From Candidatus Woesearchaeota archaeon (lineage in GTDB: Archaea; Nanobdellota; Nanobdellia; SCGC-AAA011-G17; GW2011-AR20): DNA of 64,000 nt. The stretch lies in contig JAGVYZ010000018.1 in the NCBI GenBank assembly GCA_018303025.1, forward strand, positions 5,250-69,249, given 5' to 3'. This document shows, one piece after another, positions 52,955 to 61,778 of this stretch (position 1 is the stretch's first letter; every line of letters starts with the position of its first letter). A program made the translations under genes and the position numbers. Under the pieces are notes generated by a model. It was not told where the DNA came from. It worked only from the letters and a program-made list of their open reading frames with translations, and made no database searches.

Positions 52955-54298
52955 GTGGGGAAAATTCCAAAAAAAGAGGTTGTAAAATTAGAGAAACAAA
53001 GTTTGAAATATTCTGTTTATGAAGGCTCATCCGCTTCAATAATGGAAGGTTCAGGAACAGCTTATATTTCTCCATTTGCAATGGCATTAAATGCTTCAAA
53101 TACAGAAGTTGCATTTCTCTCTTCAATACCTTCTTTGTTCTCTCCATTAACACAACTAATTACAGTTCATTTTTTAAAAAAAATAAAATCAAGAAAAACA
53201 ATTACAATTTCTTTTGTTTTACTACAGGCATTAATTTGGATTCCAATAATGTTATTGCCTTTTATGAATCTTAGTCATAAGCCAATATTTCTTATTGCCT
53301 TATTCACCTTATTATCTGCATTTGGCTCTTTCATAAGTCCAATCTGGGCTTCCTGGATTTCAGATATGGTTGACCCAAACAAAAGAGGAAATTATTTTGG
53401 AAGAAGAAATGCAATAGCAGGTTCTTTTGCAATAGCATTTACATTCATGGCAGCTTATATTTTAGATGCATTAACAAATAAATTATTTATAGCATTTGCA
53501 ATTATTTTTATAATTGCAATGATAGGAAGATTATTATCATCTTATTTTTTAACAAAGCAGTTTGAGCCAGAATTCAAGTTTCCAGAGCAGGATTATTTTT
53601 CATTCAAGTCTTTTTTAAAAAAAATGCCAGAAACAAACTTTGGCAAATTTAGTATGTATCAATCCTTTCTAAATTTTGCAGTTATGATTGCATCACCTTT
53701 TTTTGCAGTTTACATGATAAGAAATCTAAACTTTTCCTATCCTCAATATACATTAATTACAGTAACAGCATCAATTTTCAGTTTAATAGGAATGAGAGTT
53801 TGGGGTAAATACGCAGACAAGCATGGAAATGTGAAAACATTAAAAATATTGGGCATTTTCATTGCAATAGTCCCATTATTATGGATATTTAATTCAAATA
53901 TTTATTATCTTTTGTTTGTCCAGGTAATTTCAGGTTTTGCATGGGGTGGATTTAATCTATCTGTTTCAGACTTTATTTATGATGCAACAACAAAAGAAAA
54001 AAGAGCTTTATTTATTTCATATCACAATGTTTTGAATGGAATAGCCTCATTTTTAGGAGCAGCATTGGGTGGAATTTTAGTTGCCATAAAAATGCCCTTT
54101 ACTCCAATAATCCTGCTTTTTGTATTATCTGGAATTTTAAGAATAATATTTTACTATATCTTCATCCACAAAATAGAAGAGCCAAGAAACATTAAAGAAG
54201 TACATCATACTCACAGATTAATTAACTTGGCTCCCTCCCAAGGATTATTGCATGAATTAATAGCAATTGTCTCAAAAAGAAAGAATAATAAACAATAA
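52955..54298 (+). CDS. MFS-type transporter
   Basis: About 12 TM helices, GRRNA-type loop after TM2; GTG start. Confidence 0.7.
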   Translation: MGKIPKKEVVKLEKQSLKYSVYEGSSASIMEGSGTAYISPFAMALNASNTEVAFLSSIPSLFSPLTQLITVHFLKKIKSRKTITISFVLLQALIWIPIMLLPFMNLSHKPIFLIALFTLLSAFGSFISPIWASWISDMVDPNKRGNYFGRRNAIAGSFAIAFTFMAAYILDALTNKLFIAFAIIFIIAMIGRLLSSYFLTKQFEPEFKFPEQDYFSFKSFLKKMPETNFGKFSMYQSFLNFAVMIASPFFAVYMIRNLNFSYPQYTLITVTASIFSLIGMRVWGKYADKHGNVKTLKILGIFIAIVPLLWIFNSNIYYLLFVQVISGFAWGGFNLSVSDFIYDATTKEKRALFISYHNVLNGIASFLGAALGGILVAIKMPFTPIILLFVLSGILRIIFYYIFIHKIEEPRNIKEVHHTHRLINLAPSQGLLHELIAIVSKRKNNKQ

Positions 54299-54315
54299 TT
54301 TTTCTTTAATATTAT

Positions 54316-54391
54316 GCCCTTGTAGCTCAGCTTGGATTAGAGCGAGTCACTCCTAATGACTAGGCCGTGGGTTCAAATCCCATCGAGGGCG
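54316..54391 (+). tRNA. tRNA-Arg(CCU), no intron
   Basis: Acceptor GCCCTTG/CGAGGGC, anticodon arm AGTCA-CTCCTAA-TGACT, T arm GTGGG-TTCAAAT-CCCAT. Confidence 0.9.
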
Positions 54392-54432
54392 TATTAATAA
54401 TCTTTAAATAATAATAAGTAATAAAAAATAGT

Positions 54433-54885
54433 ATGAACAAATATCTAATTTTTATAATCTGTTTACTAATCGTTTATTCAATAGCTTTCATAGGAAGCAT
54501 TTTCACATCAAAGAATACAGGTTCAGATTGGTATCAAAGTATAAAACCAAAACTTACTCCCCCAAATTATGTCTTCCCAATTGTCTGGAATATTTTATTC
54601 TTATTAATAAGCATTTCATTATATTTGGCATGGACTTCAACAAAAGCAAAGCAAATAATAATAGTTGCTTTTGCAATAAACTTCTTTCTTAATATTCTAT
54701 GGTCTTTCTTGTATTTTTATTTAAAATCACCAAAAGCAGCTTTCATAGAAATAATTTTTCTCTGGTTATCAATTTTATCATTAGTCTTAGTAACATGGAA
54801 GATAAATAAAACCTCATCTTACTTATTAATGCCTTATTTAGCCTGGGTATCTTTTGCTTCTTTGCTGAATTTTCTCTCAATTTAG
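54433..54885 (+). CDS. tspO: TspO/MBR family membrane protein
   Basis: 150 aa, five TM helices, Trp-rich (WYQSIKPKLTPPNYVFPIVWNILF). Confidence 0.75.
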   Translation: MNKYLIFIICLLIVYSIAFIGSIFTSKNTGSDWYQSIKPKLTPPNYVFPIVWNILFLLISISLYLAWTSTKAKQIIIVAFAINFFLNILWSFLYFYLKSPKAAFIEIIFLWLSILSLVLVTWKINKTSSYLLMPYLAWVSFASLLNFLSI

Positions 54886-54937
54886 TATAAAATATAACTT
54901 AGATAAACTTATATATAACTTATTTTAAAAATAGAGC

Positions 54938-55258
54938 ATGGTAGTAGTCGGAATAAACACAGTATGCAGAGCATGCAAAAAAAGAGTAAATGTGGGTGAC
55001 TTGGTAAAAGTTAATGGAACTCCTGTTTGTGGGGATTGTGCTTCTAAATCAAATTTGCCAAAAGACTTGGTCAAAAAAGAAGTTTCTAGAAATAAATTTG
55101 GAGAAACAAGAATGATCTGCGGATTATGTAAATTTAAATTCTCAACAGCAAAAGACCCAAGAGATGTTACAAGATGTCCTTTTTGTGATAAATCAGGATA
55201 TGTAAAGAGAGAAATTACTTCTTATGATGTTTTAAGCGATGTTTCAAGAATGGAATAA
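54938..55258 (+). CDS. double zinc-ribbon protein
   Basis: CRAC...CGDC and CGLC...CPFC cysteine pairs. Confidence 0.5.
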   Translation: MVVVGINTVCRACKKRVNVGDLVKVNGTPVCGDCASKSNLPKDLVKKEVSRNKFGETRMICGLCKFKFSTAKDPRDVTRCPFCDKSGYVKREITSYDVLSDVSRME

Positions 55259-55268
55259 AATTTCTTTT

Positions 55269-56366
55269 TTATTTAGAATAAATTAAAATTTCTTTTACAA
55301 TTTCATCAGCGCCATTGCCTTTTATTTCTTCTAATTTATCAAGTTTTTCCTGTATCTTGGGAATTGCATTTATAAAATTTTCAATATGAACTTTTAAGAA
55401 ACCAGTATCTTTCATTAATTTATGCATTATGTATTCCTTATATTCATACATATTAACATAGTGCTCAATATAATTTTTTATTGGAAAAACCAAAGCAGGT
55501 TTTTTATAAACAATAGTCTCCATTAAAGAATTATGTCCTGCAAGTATAATAACACCCTTGCATATTTTTAGATATTCCAAAAAGTCTTCCCTAAATTTGT
55601 AGAGTCTTACATTACCAATTACTTTCTCTTCATTATATCCAAATATGACAAATTCTTCATTAATGTTCTTGCTTATTTCAACAATCTCTTCCACTATATT
55701 TTTTCCAAAAAAAGAACCACCTAAAGTAATCAAAATAGGTTTTTTCTCTAATTCATGCTTTCTCATTAGTGTATTTACATCAGGCAGTTCAATTGGCATT
55801 TTTCTTATTATAGGATTAACATATCTTACATTTTTTTCATCTGTTTTTTTCTTTATTCCGGGCAAAAAAACCAAAGTAGAATTTCTATAGCAGTAATCAA
55901 CTATTTTAAAAAAATATTTTGATTGAATCTTTTGCATAAAAGTAAGCTTTTTATGTTTATCAAATTCTGCCCAGGTATTCAAATCCAGGTTATAAATAAA
56001 AAATATCTTTTTCCCAAGCAAGCTTCCAGCTTTAACTCCTAAAGGCTCGCTATCAACGATTAAACAATCAGGATTAAACTGAATAAGATGATTTTTTATA
56101 GTTTCATAATCTTTATAGTAATAAAAAGGATAATTTAAATTATGCAATAACATTTTTAAAAGATTAACTTTAAAATTTCCTTCTGGAAAATTATGCCCAT
56201 GAATTTCAGCAACTTCAAACTTACCTTTAAAATAATCACAGACTTTTTTGTTTCCTATTATTGAGATTTCAAGTTCTTTCACATTTCTTTTTAATTTGTC
56301 AATAATAGCACTTTCTCTTGCAATATGTCCCATTCCTATACCTGTAATAACAAATGTAACTTTCAT
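55269..56366 (-). CDS. GT-B glycosyltransferase (MurG/GT28-like)
   Basis: ITLGGSFFG and AGHNSLMETIVYKKPALVFP resemble the GT28/GT1 C-terminal domain; 4-nt overlap with the upstream deacetylase. Confidence 0.6.
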   Translation of the reverse strand: MKVTFVITGIGMGHIARESAIIDKLKRNVKELEISIIGNKKVCDYFKGKFEVAEIHGHNFPEGNFKVNLLKMLLHNLNYPFYYYKDYETIKNHLIQFNPDCLIVDSEPLGVKAGSLLGKKIFFIYNLDLNTWAEFDKHKKLTFMQKIQSKYFFKIVDYCYRNSTLVFLPGIKKKTDEKNVRYVNPIIRKMPIELPDVNTLMRKHELEKKPILITLGGSFFGKNIVEEIVEISKNINEEFVIFGYNEEKVIGNVRLYKFREDFLEYLKICKGVIILAGHNSLMETIVYKKPALVFPIKNYIEHYVNMYEYKEYIMHKLMKDTGFLKVHIENFINAIPKIQEKLDKLEEIKGNGADEIVKEILIYSK

Positions 56367-56998
56367 TTTACTCTATAAAATTTTTCAGCATATTTTACTT
56401 TTATTTTTCTCCCATATAATTTAGACCTTATATAAACAGGTAACATCAGGACATACATAAAATACAACTGAGTTTTATATTGCTTCATAATATTGATTTT
56501 TTTCAAAAAATAATTAGAGATATCTTCATAAACAACAGGTTTGTTCTCTTTCAATAAATTCCATACTTCATAGCTGTAAACTTTAGTTTCAAAACGCATT
56601 TCTTTCAAAACATCATCAACGCATTTGAAAACAGCCCTATGGTCTGGATGAGGGTCATATTGTGAATCAACAAATATTTTTTCAGGCTTATTATTTTGAA
56701 TTACTTCTCTTATTTTATTTTTAACATTAGTATCAATAACCTGTGCCAGTTTAGCATCATCTAGTCCCAAAAACAAAGTTTCTACCTTTAATTTTTCATT
56801 CACACTTAAGGTTTCATTTGCTCTTTTTCTCGATATAACTTCTTCTTTATAATGAGGATGTGATTTTTGCCCAGCAGAGAAAATAACTTCAAGAACATTA
56901 TTGCCATTATCAATTTCTTTTAAGATAGTTCCTAATGCACCAACAGCAAAATCATCATCATGTGCACAAAAAACAATTATATTTCCCATGATATACAT
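56363..56998 (-). CDS. LmbE/PIG-L family deacetylase
   Basis: FCAHDDDFAVG and HPDHRAV motifs. Confidence 0.8.
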   Translation of the reverse strand: MYIMGNIIVFCAHDDDFAVGALGTILKEIDNGNNVLEVIFSAGQKSHPHYKEEVISRKRANETLSVNEKLKVETLFLGLDDAKLAQVIDTNVKNKIREVIQNNKPEKIFVDSQYDPHPDHRAVFKCVDDVLKEMRFETKVYSYEVWNLLKENKPVVYEDISNYFLKKINIMKQYKTQLYFMYVLMLPVYIRSKLYGRKIKVKYAEKFYRVK

Positions 56999-57039
56999 TA
57001 AATTAAACTCCTTAAAAAGATTTACTGATATAAAGAATC

Positions 57040-57203
57040 TGCGCGAACGGGGACTTTCGCAGCTTTGTTCTCTTTTCCGAAGCTTTCTTCATCTTTGTTC
57101 TTTCTTTTGATGAAGATTTTCTTTCTTCAAAGAAAGAAAAGCTCATTCGAACCCCGGTCCCAAGCTTGGAAGGCTCGGATTCTAACCACTAAACCATTCG
57201 CGC
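57040..57203 (-). tRNA. tRNA-Gly(UCC) with 92-nt T-loop intron
   Basis: Acceptor GCGCGAA/TTCGCGC+A, anticodon arm CGAGC-CTTCCAA-GCTTG, T stem CGGGG/CCCCG split after TTCGAAT. Confidence 0.85.
57053..57144 (-). other. tRNA-Gly(UCC) intron at position 59/60 (or 60/61)
   Basis: GAGCTTTTCTTTCTTTGAAGAAAGAAAATCTTCATC...GCTGCGAAAGT; begins and ends like the tRNA-Leu intron. Confidence 0.8.
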
Positions 57204-57335
57204 TTATAAAAACTAAATAAAAATCACCTTAAAAAACTTATCTTTTGCACATATATTTTCATTCTGATTCTTTTTGCTCATAACTTTTTCTTTCTTTTGT
57301 TTTAAGTTCTTTTGATCATAAACTTTTCCAACGTA

Positions 57336-57421
57336 CCAGGTTCGTAAAGGGTGCGCAGGTTCATTTTCTTAGCGCAGGTTCTTTCTAAGAAAGTGCGGTT
57401 CGTGAAGGGAGAATCCCTTAC
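57336..57421 (+). repeat. family A repeat locus (three copies)
   Basis: ccaggttcgtaaagggtgcgcaggttcatttt; agcgcaggttctttctaagaaagtgcggttcgtgaagggagaatcccttac; the CCCTTAC end holds the TAA stop of uppS. Confidence 0.75.
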
Positions 57422-58128
57422 TTGCCAAATCTTCTTTCCCTATCACTATAGTCAATTAAAGCAGCTTTAAAATCTTCTTTAGAAAATTCAGGCCATAAAT
57501 GATCAACCCAGTAAATTTCAGCATAGCTTCCCTGCCATAATAAAAATCCAGAAAGTCTTTTCTCTCCCCCAGTTCTTATTATCAAATCAGGCTCACTCTC
57601 AAGATAAATGTTTTTCTTGAAAACTTCTTCATTAATATCATTAACATCTAAGCTTCCATTTTTAACAGCTTCTGCAATTTTTTTAGTAGCATCAATAATC
57701 TCAGTTCTTCCACCATAAGCCATTGCGAAATTAATTATAAAATTAGTATTATTTTTAGTCTTCTCAATAATTAAATGTATTTTTTCCTGTATATCTTTTG
57801 CAAACATCCATGTTCTTCCAATGATATTTATTCTAATTCCTTCCTTCATTAATCTTTCATCATCTCTTAATTTGTCAAATTCTTTTCTGAATATATCCAT
57901 TAAAAAGTTAAATTCTTCTTTTGGTCTGTTAAAATTTTCAACAGAAAAAGCATACAAAGTTAATTCTTTAACCTTAAATTCCTTGCACCAATTAAGGACA
58001 TTTTCTATTTTATTTGCCCCCCATTCATGCCCTTTCCAGGGTTTAAGGGTTAATCTTCTAGCAAATCTCCTATTTCCGTCCATTATTATGCCAATATGTT
58101 TTGGAATTTTGTTTTCAGTTGGATTCAT
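57418..58128 (-). CDS. uppS: undecaprenyl/di-trans,poly-cis-prenyl diphosphate synthase (cis-prenyltransferase)
   Basis: HIGIIMDGNRRFA, ...IRTGGEKRLSGFLLWQ..., ERRFG. Confidence 0.9.
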   Translation of the reverse strand: MNPTENKIPKHIGIIMDGNRRFARRLTLKPWKGHEWGANKIENVLNWCKEFKVKELTLYAFSVENFNRPKEEFNFLMDIFRKEFDKLRDDERLMKEGIRINIIGRTWMFAKDIQEKIHLIIEKTKNNTNFIINFAMAYGGRTEIIDATKKIAEAVKNGSLDVNDINEEVFKKNIYLESEPDLIIRTGGEKRLSGFLLWQGSYAEIYWVDHLWPEFSKEDFKAALIDYSDRERRFGK

Positions 58129-58187
58129 AATCTTAGCCCCTAGCTTAAATTTAAATAATTTTCTCGTTTTTTAAATGTTATTATTAA

Positions 58188-58652
58188 GTGATAATTAAAC
58201 ATAGTAAGGAATTTAAAACCCCAATTCATATGAAAAAAATGGAAATTAAAGAAGTATCTTCAATTAAAGAACTAAATTCAGTTAAAAAGGACTCTATTTT
58301 GAAATCACAAGACCCAAAATTAATAAGATATATATTAGAAAACAAAAAAATAAAAGCAATTTGTTCAATAGAAGAAGATTCCTTAAAAGATTTCATGCAT
58401 TCAAGAAATTCAAATTTAAATAACATTTTCTGCGAAATAGCAAGAAAAAATAACATAGGATATGCTATAAGTATAAGCAATCTCTTGAATTCAAAAAACA
58501 AGATATCCCTATTCGGAAAGATATTCCAAAATATTAAACTGTGCAAAAAACATAAAGTAAAGATTTATATATTAAATGACTCTAATAAGAATCAAAAGGA
58601 CCTTGAAGCTTTCTCAAGATTCTTAAATATTCATGGAGAAATAATAAAATGA
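58188..58652 (+). CDS. hypothetical protein (possibly a truncated RNase P Rpp30-like protein)
   Basis: Weak pattern only (...NIGYAISISNLL...KVKIYILNDS...); GTG or alternative start. Confidence 0.3.
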   Translation: MIIKHSKEFKTPIHMKKMEIKEVSSIKELNSVKKDSILKSQDPKLIRYILENKKIKAICSIEEDSLKDFMHSRNSNLNNIFCEIARKNNIGYAISISNLLNSKNKISLFGKIFQNIKLCKKHKVKIYILNDSNKNQKDLEAFSRFLNIHGEIIK

Positions 58653-58773
58653 TAGAATTATCAAATAATCAGGTTTTTGGCCAGGATGATGACGATTTTG
58701 AAGTAGACATTGATGAATTAAAAAAAATCCTTGGAGAGGAAAAAAAAGCTAAAAAGTTCTTAAAACAAAAGAG

Positions 58774-60732
58774 ATGCTACATCGCAAGTTAATGATTACA
58801 GTTATTATATTGATATCTTTTCTTTTTATAGTAAGTATAATCTCTAAAAATAGCATGATAGAAGACAAAGAAAAAGTCTCAGTCATAGTAAAACTAAAAG
58901 AATCAACCCCAAATATGTTCCAGGGATTTGTTGTTTATGAAGATTCATTAGACAAACAATATTACTATTCTTCAACAGATTCTTATTTAATTTTAATAGA
59001 CAAAGACAAGCTTGAAGCATTAAGAAATAATGAAAACATAGAATTAATTTCAGAAGAGCAGGTTTATCATGCAACCTTAGAAGATGCTCTTCCTTTATCA
59101 AATGTAACATTAGTTCAATCTTTATTCAATTTAACAGGTAAAGGACAAACAGTCTGCATCTTAGATACAGGTATAAATTATTCTCATCAAGATTTAGGAA
59201 ATTGTTCTGAAACTGATTTTTTGTCAGGAAATTGCAATAAAATAATATCAGGTTATGATTTTGTTAATAATGACAATAATCCTTATGATGATGCAGGTCA
59301 TGGTTCTCATGTTTCTGGAATAGTTTCAAGAACAGCACCAGATGCAAAAATAATTTCAGTAAAAGTTCTAGATGAAAATGGAGATGGTTCTTCCTCAATA
59401 ATAAACGCAGGCATAGATTTCTGCATAAATCACAAAGAAGAATATAACATCTCAGTAATAAGCATGAGCTTAGGTGGTGGATTATACTCTAATTATTGCA
59501 ATAATGAACCATTAAAGCCATTTATAGATGCAGCATTATCCCAGAATATTACAGTAGTGGCTTCAGCAGGAAATGATTTCTCAAAAACAAAAATAACAGG
59601 TCCTGCTTGTATAAATGGAGTAACTTCAGTATCTGCATTAAACAAAGATAATTCAATAGCTTCCTATAGTAACAGAAATAAGAATACAGTAGTTTTAGCA
59701 ATTGGCTCCAATATTAATTCAACTTCAATATCAGGAAATTATGAAACAATGACTGGTACTTCAATGTCTACTCCATTAGTTTCAGGAGCAATAGCATTGC
59801 TAAATCAGTATCAATTAAAAAATTTTAATATTATTTTATCACCCCAAGAAATTAATTTATTATTAAAAAACAATGGAAATAACATTACAGATTCAACAGG
59901 ATTAAATTATTCAGGATTAAATATGCATAAATTATTAAATATAATTTCTATAAATGATACAGAAATAAATAATTCAGAGGATTCAAATACAACAAATGAA
60001 TCTATTCAGGTTAATAATTCAATTTTAGTAAATCTAATTTCTCCAATAAACAATTTAACAACTTCAAATAATAATTTAACATTTGAATGTTCAGCATCAA
60101 GTAATTCTTCATTAACAAATATCTCATTATATCTTGGAAATTCAACTTCTTTTGAAAATAAAGAAACAAAGATAATTTCAGGAAATGCAAATAATTCAGG
60201 ATTCAATATAACTTTAGAAAACAATGGTAATTATTTTTGGAATTGTTTATCTTTTAATAATTTATCAGTTTCAAATTTCAGCAGTGAAAATTTCTCAATT
60301 ATAGTTAATATTTCACAAGTAGCAAATTTAACAGTAAACACTTCAACCCAAACAGAAAATACAACTATTCAAAATTCAGACAGTAGTTCAGGCTCATCAG
60401 GAAGTTCCGGTTCTTCAGAGTCTTCAGCTTCAGAGCCACAAGCATTATTAGTTTCTCCTGAAGTTACAGAAACAGAGCAAGAAATAATTGAAGATAATCA
60501 GAAAATTCAATATAAAGCATCTAATGAAAATATTCAATTAAACACAGAATTACAAAATCAGAATATAGAATCAGCAAAACAGGGCTTTTTCTCAAACTTA
60601 ATGACAGGACAAGCAGTAATAAGCAGTAATTTATCAATAAATAGAGTTTACATCACAATTTTCTTAATCTTGATTATTCTTTCAGCTTCAGGATTCATAA
60701 TGTTTAAAATGAGAAAAAAAGGTAAAAAATAA
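58774..60732 (+). CDS. subtilisin-like (S8) serine protease, secreted, with C-terminal membrane anchor
   Basis: Catalytic D (CILDTGI), H (GHGSHVSG), S (GTSMSTP); N-terminal signal anchor; Asn/Ser-rich stalk; C-terminal TM + KK. Confidence 0.85.
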   Translation: MLHRKLMITVIILISFLFIVSIISKNSMIEDKEKVSVIVKLKESTPNMFQGFVVYEDSLDKQYYYSSTDSYLILIDKDKLEALRNNENIELISEEQVYHATLEDALPLSNVTLVQSLFNLTGKGQTVCILDTGINYSHQDLGNCSETDFLSGNCNKIISGYDFVNNDNNPYDDAGHGSHVSGIVSRTAPDAKIISVKVLDENGDGSSSIINAGIDFCINHKEEYNISVISMSLGGGLYSNYCNNEPLKPFIDAALSQNITVVASAGNDFSKTKITGPACINGVTSVSALNKDNSIASYSNRNKNTVVLAIGSNINSTSISGNYETMTGTSMSTPLVSGAIALLNQYQLKNFNIILSPQEINLLLKNNGNNITDSTGLNYSGLNMHKLLNIISINDTEINNSEDSNTTNESIQVNNSILVNLISPINNLTTSNNNLTFECSASSNSSLTNISLYLGNSTSFENKETKIISGNANNSGFNITLENNGNYFWNCLSFNNLSVSNFSSENFSIIVNISQVANLTVNTSTQTENTTIQNSDSSSGSSGSSGSSESSASEPQALLVSPEVTETEQEIIEDNQKIQYKASNENIQLNTELQNQNIESAKQGFFSNLMTGQAVISSNLSINRVYITIFLILIILSASGFIMFKMRKKGKK

Positions 60733-60759
60733 ACCTTTTTAAACTAATTTCTTTCTTTT

Positions 60760-60835
60760 AGTGTAGGTTTTCCCTTTACAGGTTCGTGAAGGGTGGAACC
60801 CTTACGCGGGTTCATAAAGGGTGCCAAACCCTTAT
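60760..60835 (+). repeat. family A repeat locus abutting tRNA-Leu(CAA)
   Basis: agtgtaggttttccctttacaggttcgtgaagggtggaacccttacgcgggttcataaagggtgccaaacccttat, followed directly by GCGGGAA of the tRNA. Confidence 0.75.
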
Positions 60836-60963
60836 GCGGGAATGCCGGAGTGGTCAAACGGGGTAGACTCAAAATCTACTGGCTTAGTGCCTACGCAGGT
60901 TCGAACGAAGCCTTTTCTTGTAAGAAAAGCCTTCAGGGAAAAGAACTCCTTGAAAAGAAAAGA
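60836..60963 (+). tRNA. tRNA-Leu(CAA) 5' exon (60836-60906) plus intron start; 3' exon not found in the window
   Basis: 71-nt exon identical to tRNA-Leu(UAG) except for a fully compensated anticodon arm (GTAGA-CTCAAAA-TCTAC); the next 57 nt are identical to the Leu(UAG) intron, then diverge; no CCTGYTTCCCGCA downstream. Confidence 0.6.
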
Positions 60964-61094
60964 TTTTCTGGACCTAAGAAAACAAAAGTTTTCTTTGGAA
61001 AAAGAAGCATTGAATTCAACTTAATTCAGGTTTAGCAATAATTATAAATTCAAAAAATATTAAATTAAAGAAGGTGAAAAAAAGGGTAAATTCT

Positions 61095-61778
61095 ATGACA
61101 GGCTTAATTCATTTAAAAAATGTATCTAAAATTTATCAGGTAGGTGAAGTAGAGGTAACTGCCTTAAAACACATAAACTTAGAAATAAAAAAAGGCGAGT
61201 TTATAGCAATCTTAGGAAAATCAGGTTCAGGTAAATCTACAATGCTAAACTCAGTTGGCTGCTTGGATACACCAACAAAAGGAACAATTCATTTAGATGA
61301 ATTTGACATAGAAGAGCTTCATGAATCAGAATTAGCAACAATTAGGGGCAAAAAAATAGGTTTTATTTTTCAGGCATTTAATTTAATTCCAAGTTTGACA
61401 GCATTGGAGAATGTCATGCTTCCAATGATATTTCAAGGAACAGAAAGAACAAAAAGATTAAAAAGAGCAACAGAGTTATTAACATCTGTTGGTTTAAAAG
61501 ATAGAATGTATCATCGTCCATCTCAATTATCAGGTGGACAGCAGCAAAGAGTTGCAATTGCAAGAGCATTGGCTAATGACCCGGAAGTTATTTTAGCAGA
61601 TGAACCAACAGGCAACTTAGATTCAAACACAGAAAAAGATATAATTAAAATGCTTCAAGACCTGCATAAAAGAGGTAAAACAATTATAATGATTACTCAT
61701 AATGAAAAACTAGCTCAAATAGCAGAAAGAGTGGTTCATTTAAAGGATGGTGAAATTGTAAATGAAAACTATTTTTAA
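61095..61778 (+). CDS. ABC transporter ATP-binding protein (MacB/LolD-like)
   Basis: Walker A GKSGSGKST, signature LSGGQQQRVAIARA, Walker B ILADEPT; ATG 61095 preferred over GTG 61074. Confidence 0.9.
   Translation: MTGLIHLKNVSKIYQVGEVEVTALKHINLEIKKGEFIAILGKSGSGKSTMLNSVGCLDTPTKGTIHLDEFDIEELHESELATIRGKKIGFIFQAFNLIPSLTALENVMLPMIFQGTERTKRLKRATELLTSVGLKDRMYHRPSQLSGGQQQRVAIARALANDPEVILADEPTGNLDSNTEKDIIKMLQDLHKRGKTIIMITHNEKLAQIAERVVHLKDGEIVNENYF

Noticed and set aside
58649-58798. 49-aa acidic ORF (MIELSNNQVFGQDDDDFEVDIDELKK...) between the Rpp30-like ORF and the protease gene
   Set aside because: It is short and overlaps both neighbours, and I recognise no motif. Evidence is insufficient to call it.
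60793-61035. 80-aa and 67-aa ORFs overlapping the tRNA-Leu(CAA) region
   Set aside because: They overlap a tRNA exon, intron sequence and family A repeats. Their similarity to the 37891 ORF reflects nucleotide identity of the tRNA, not a protein family.
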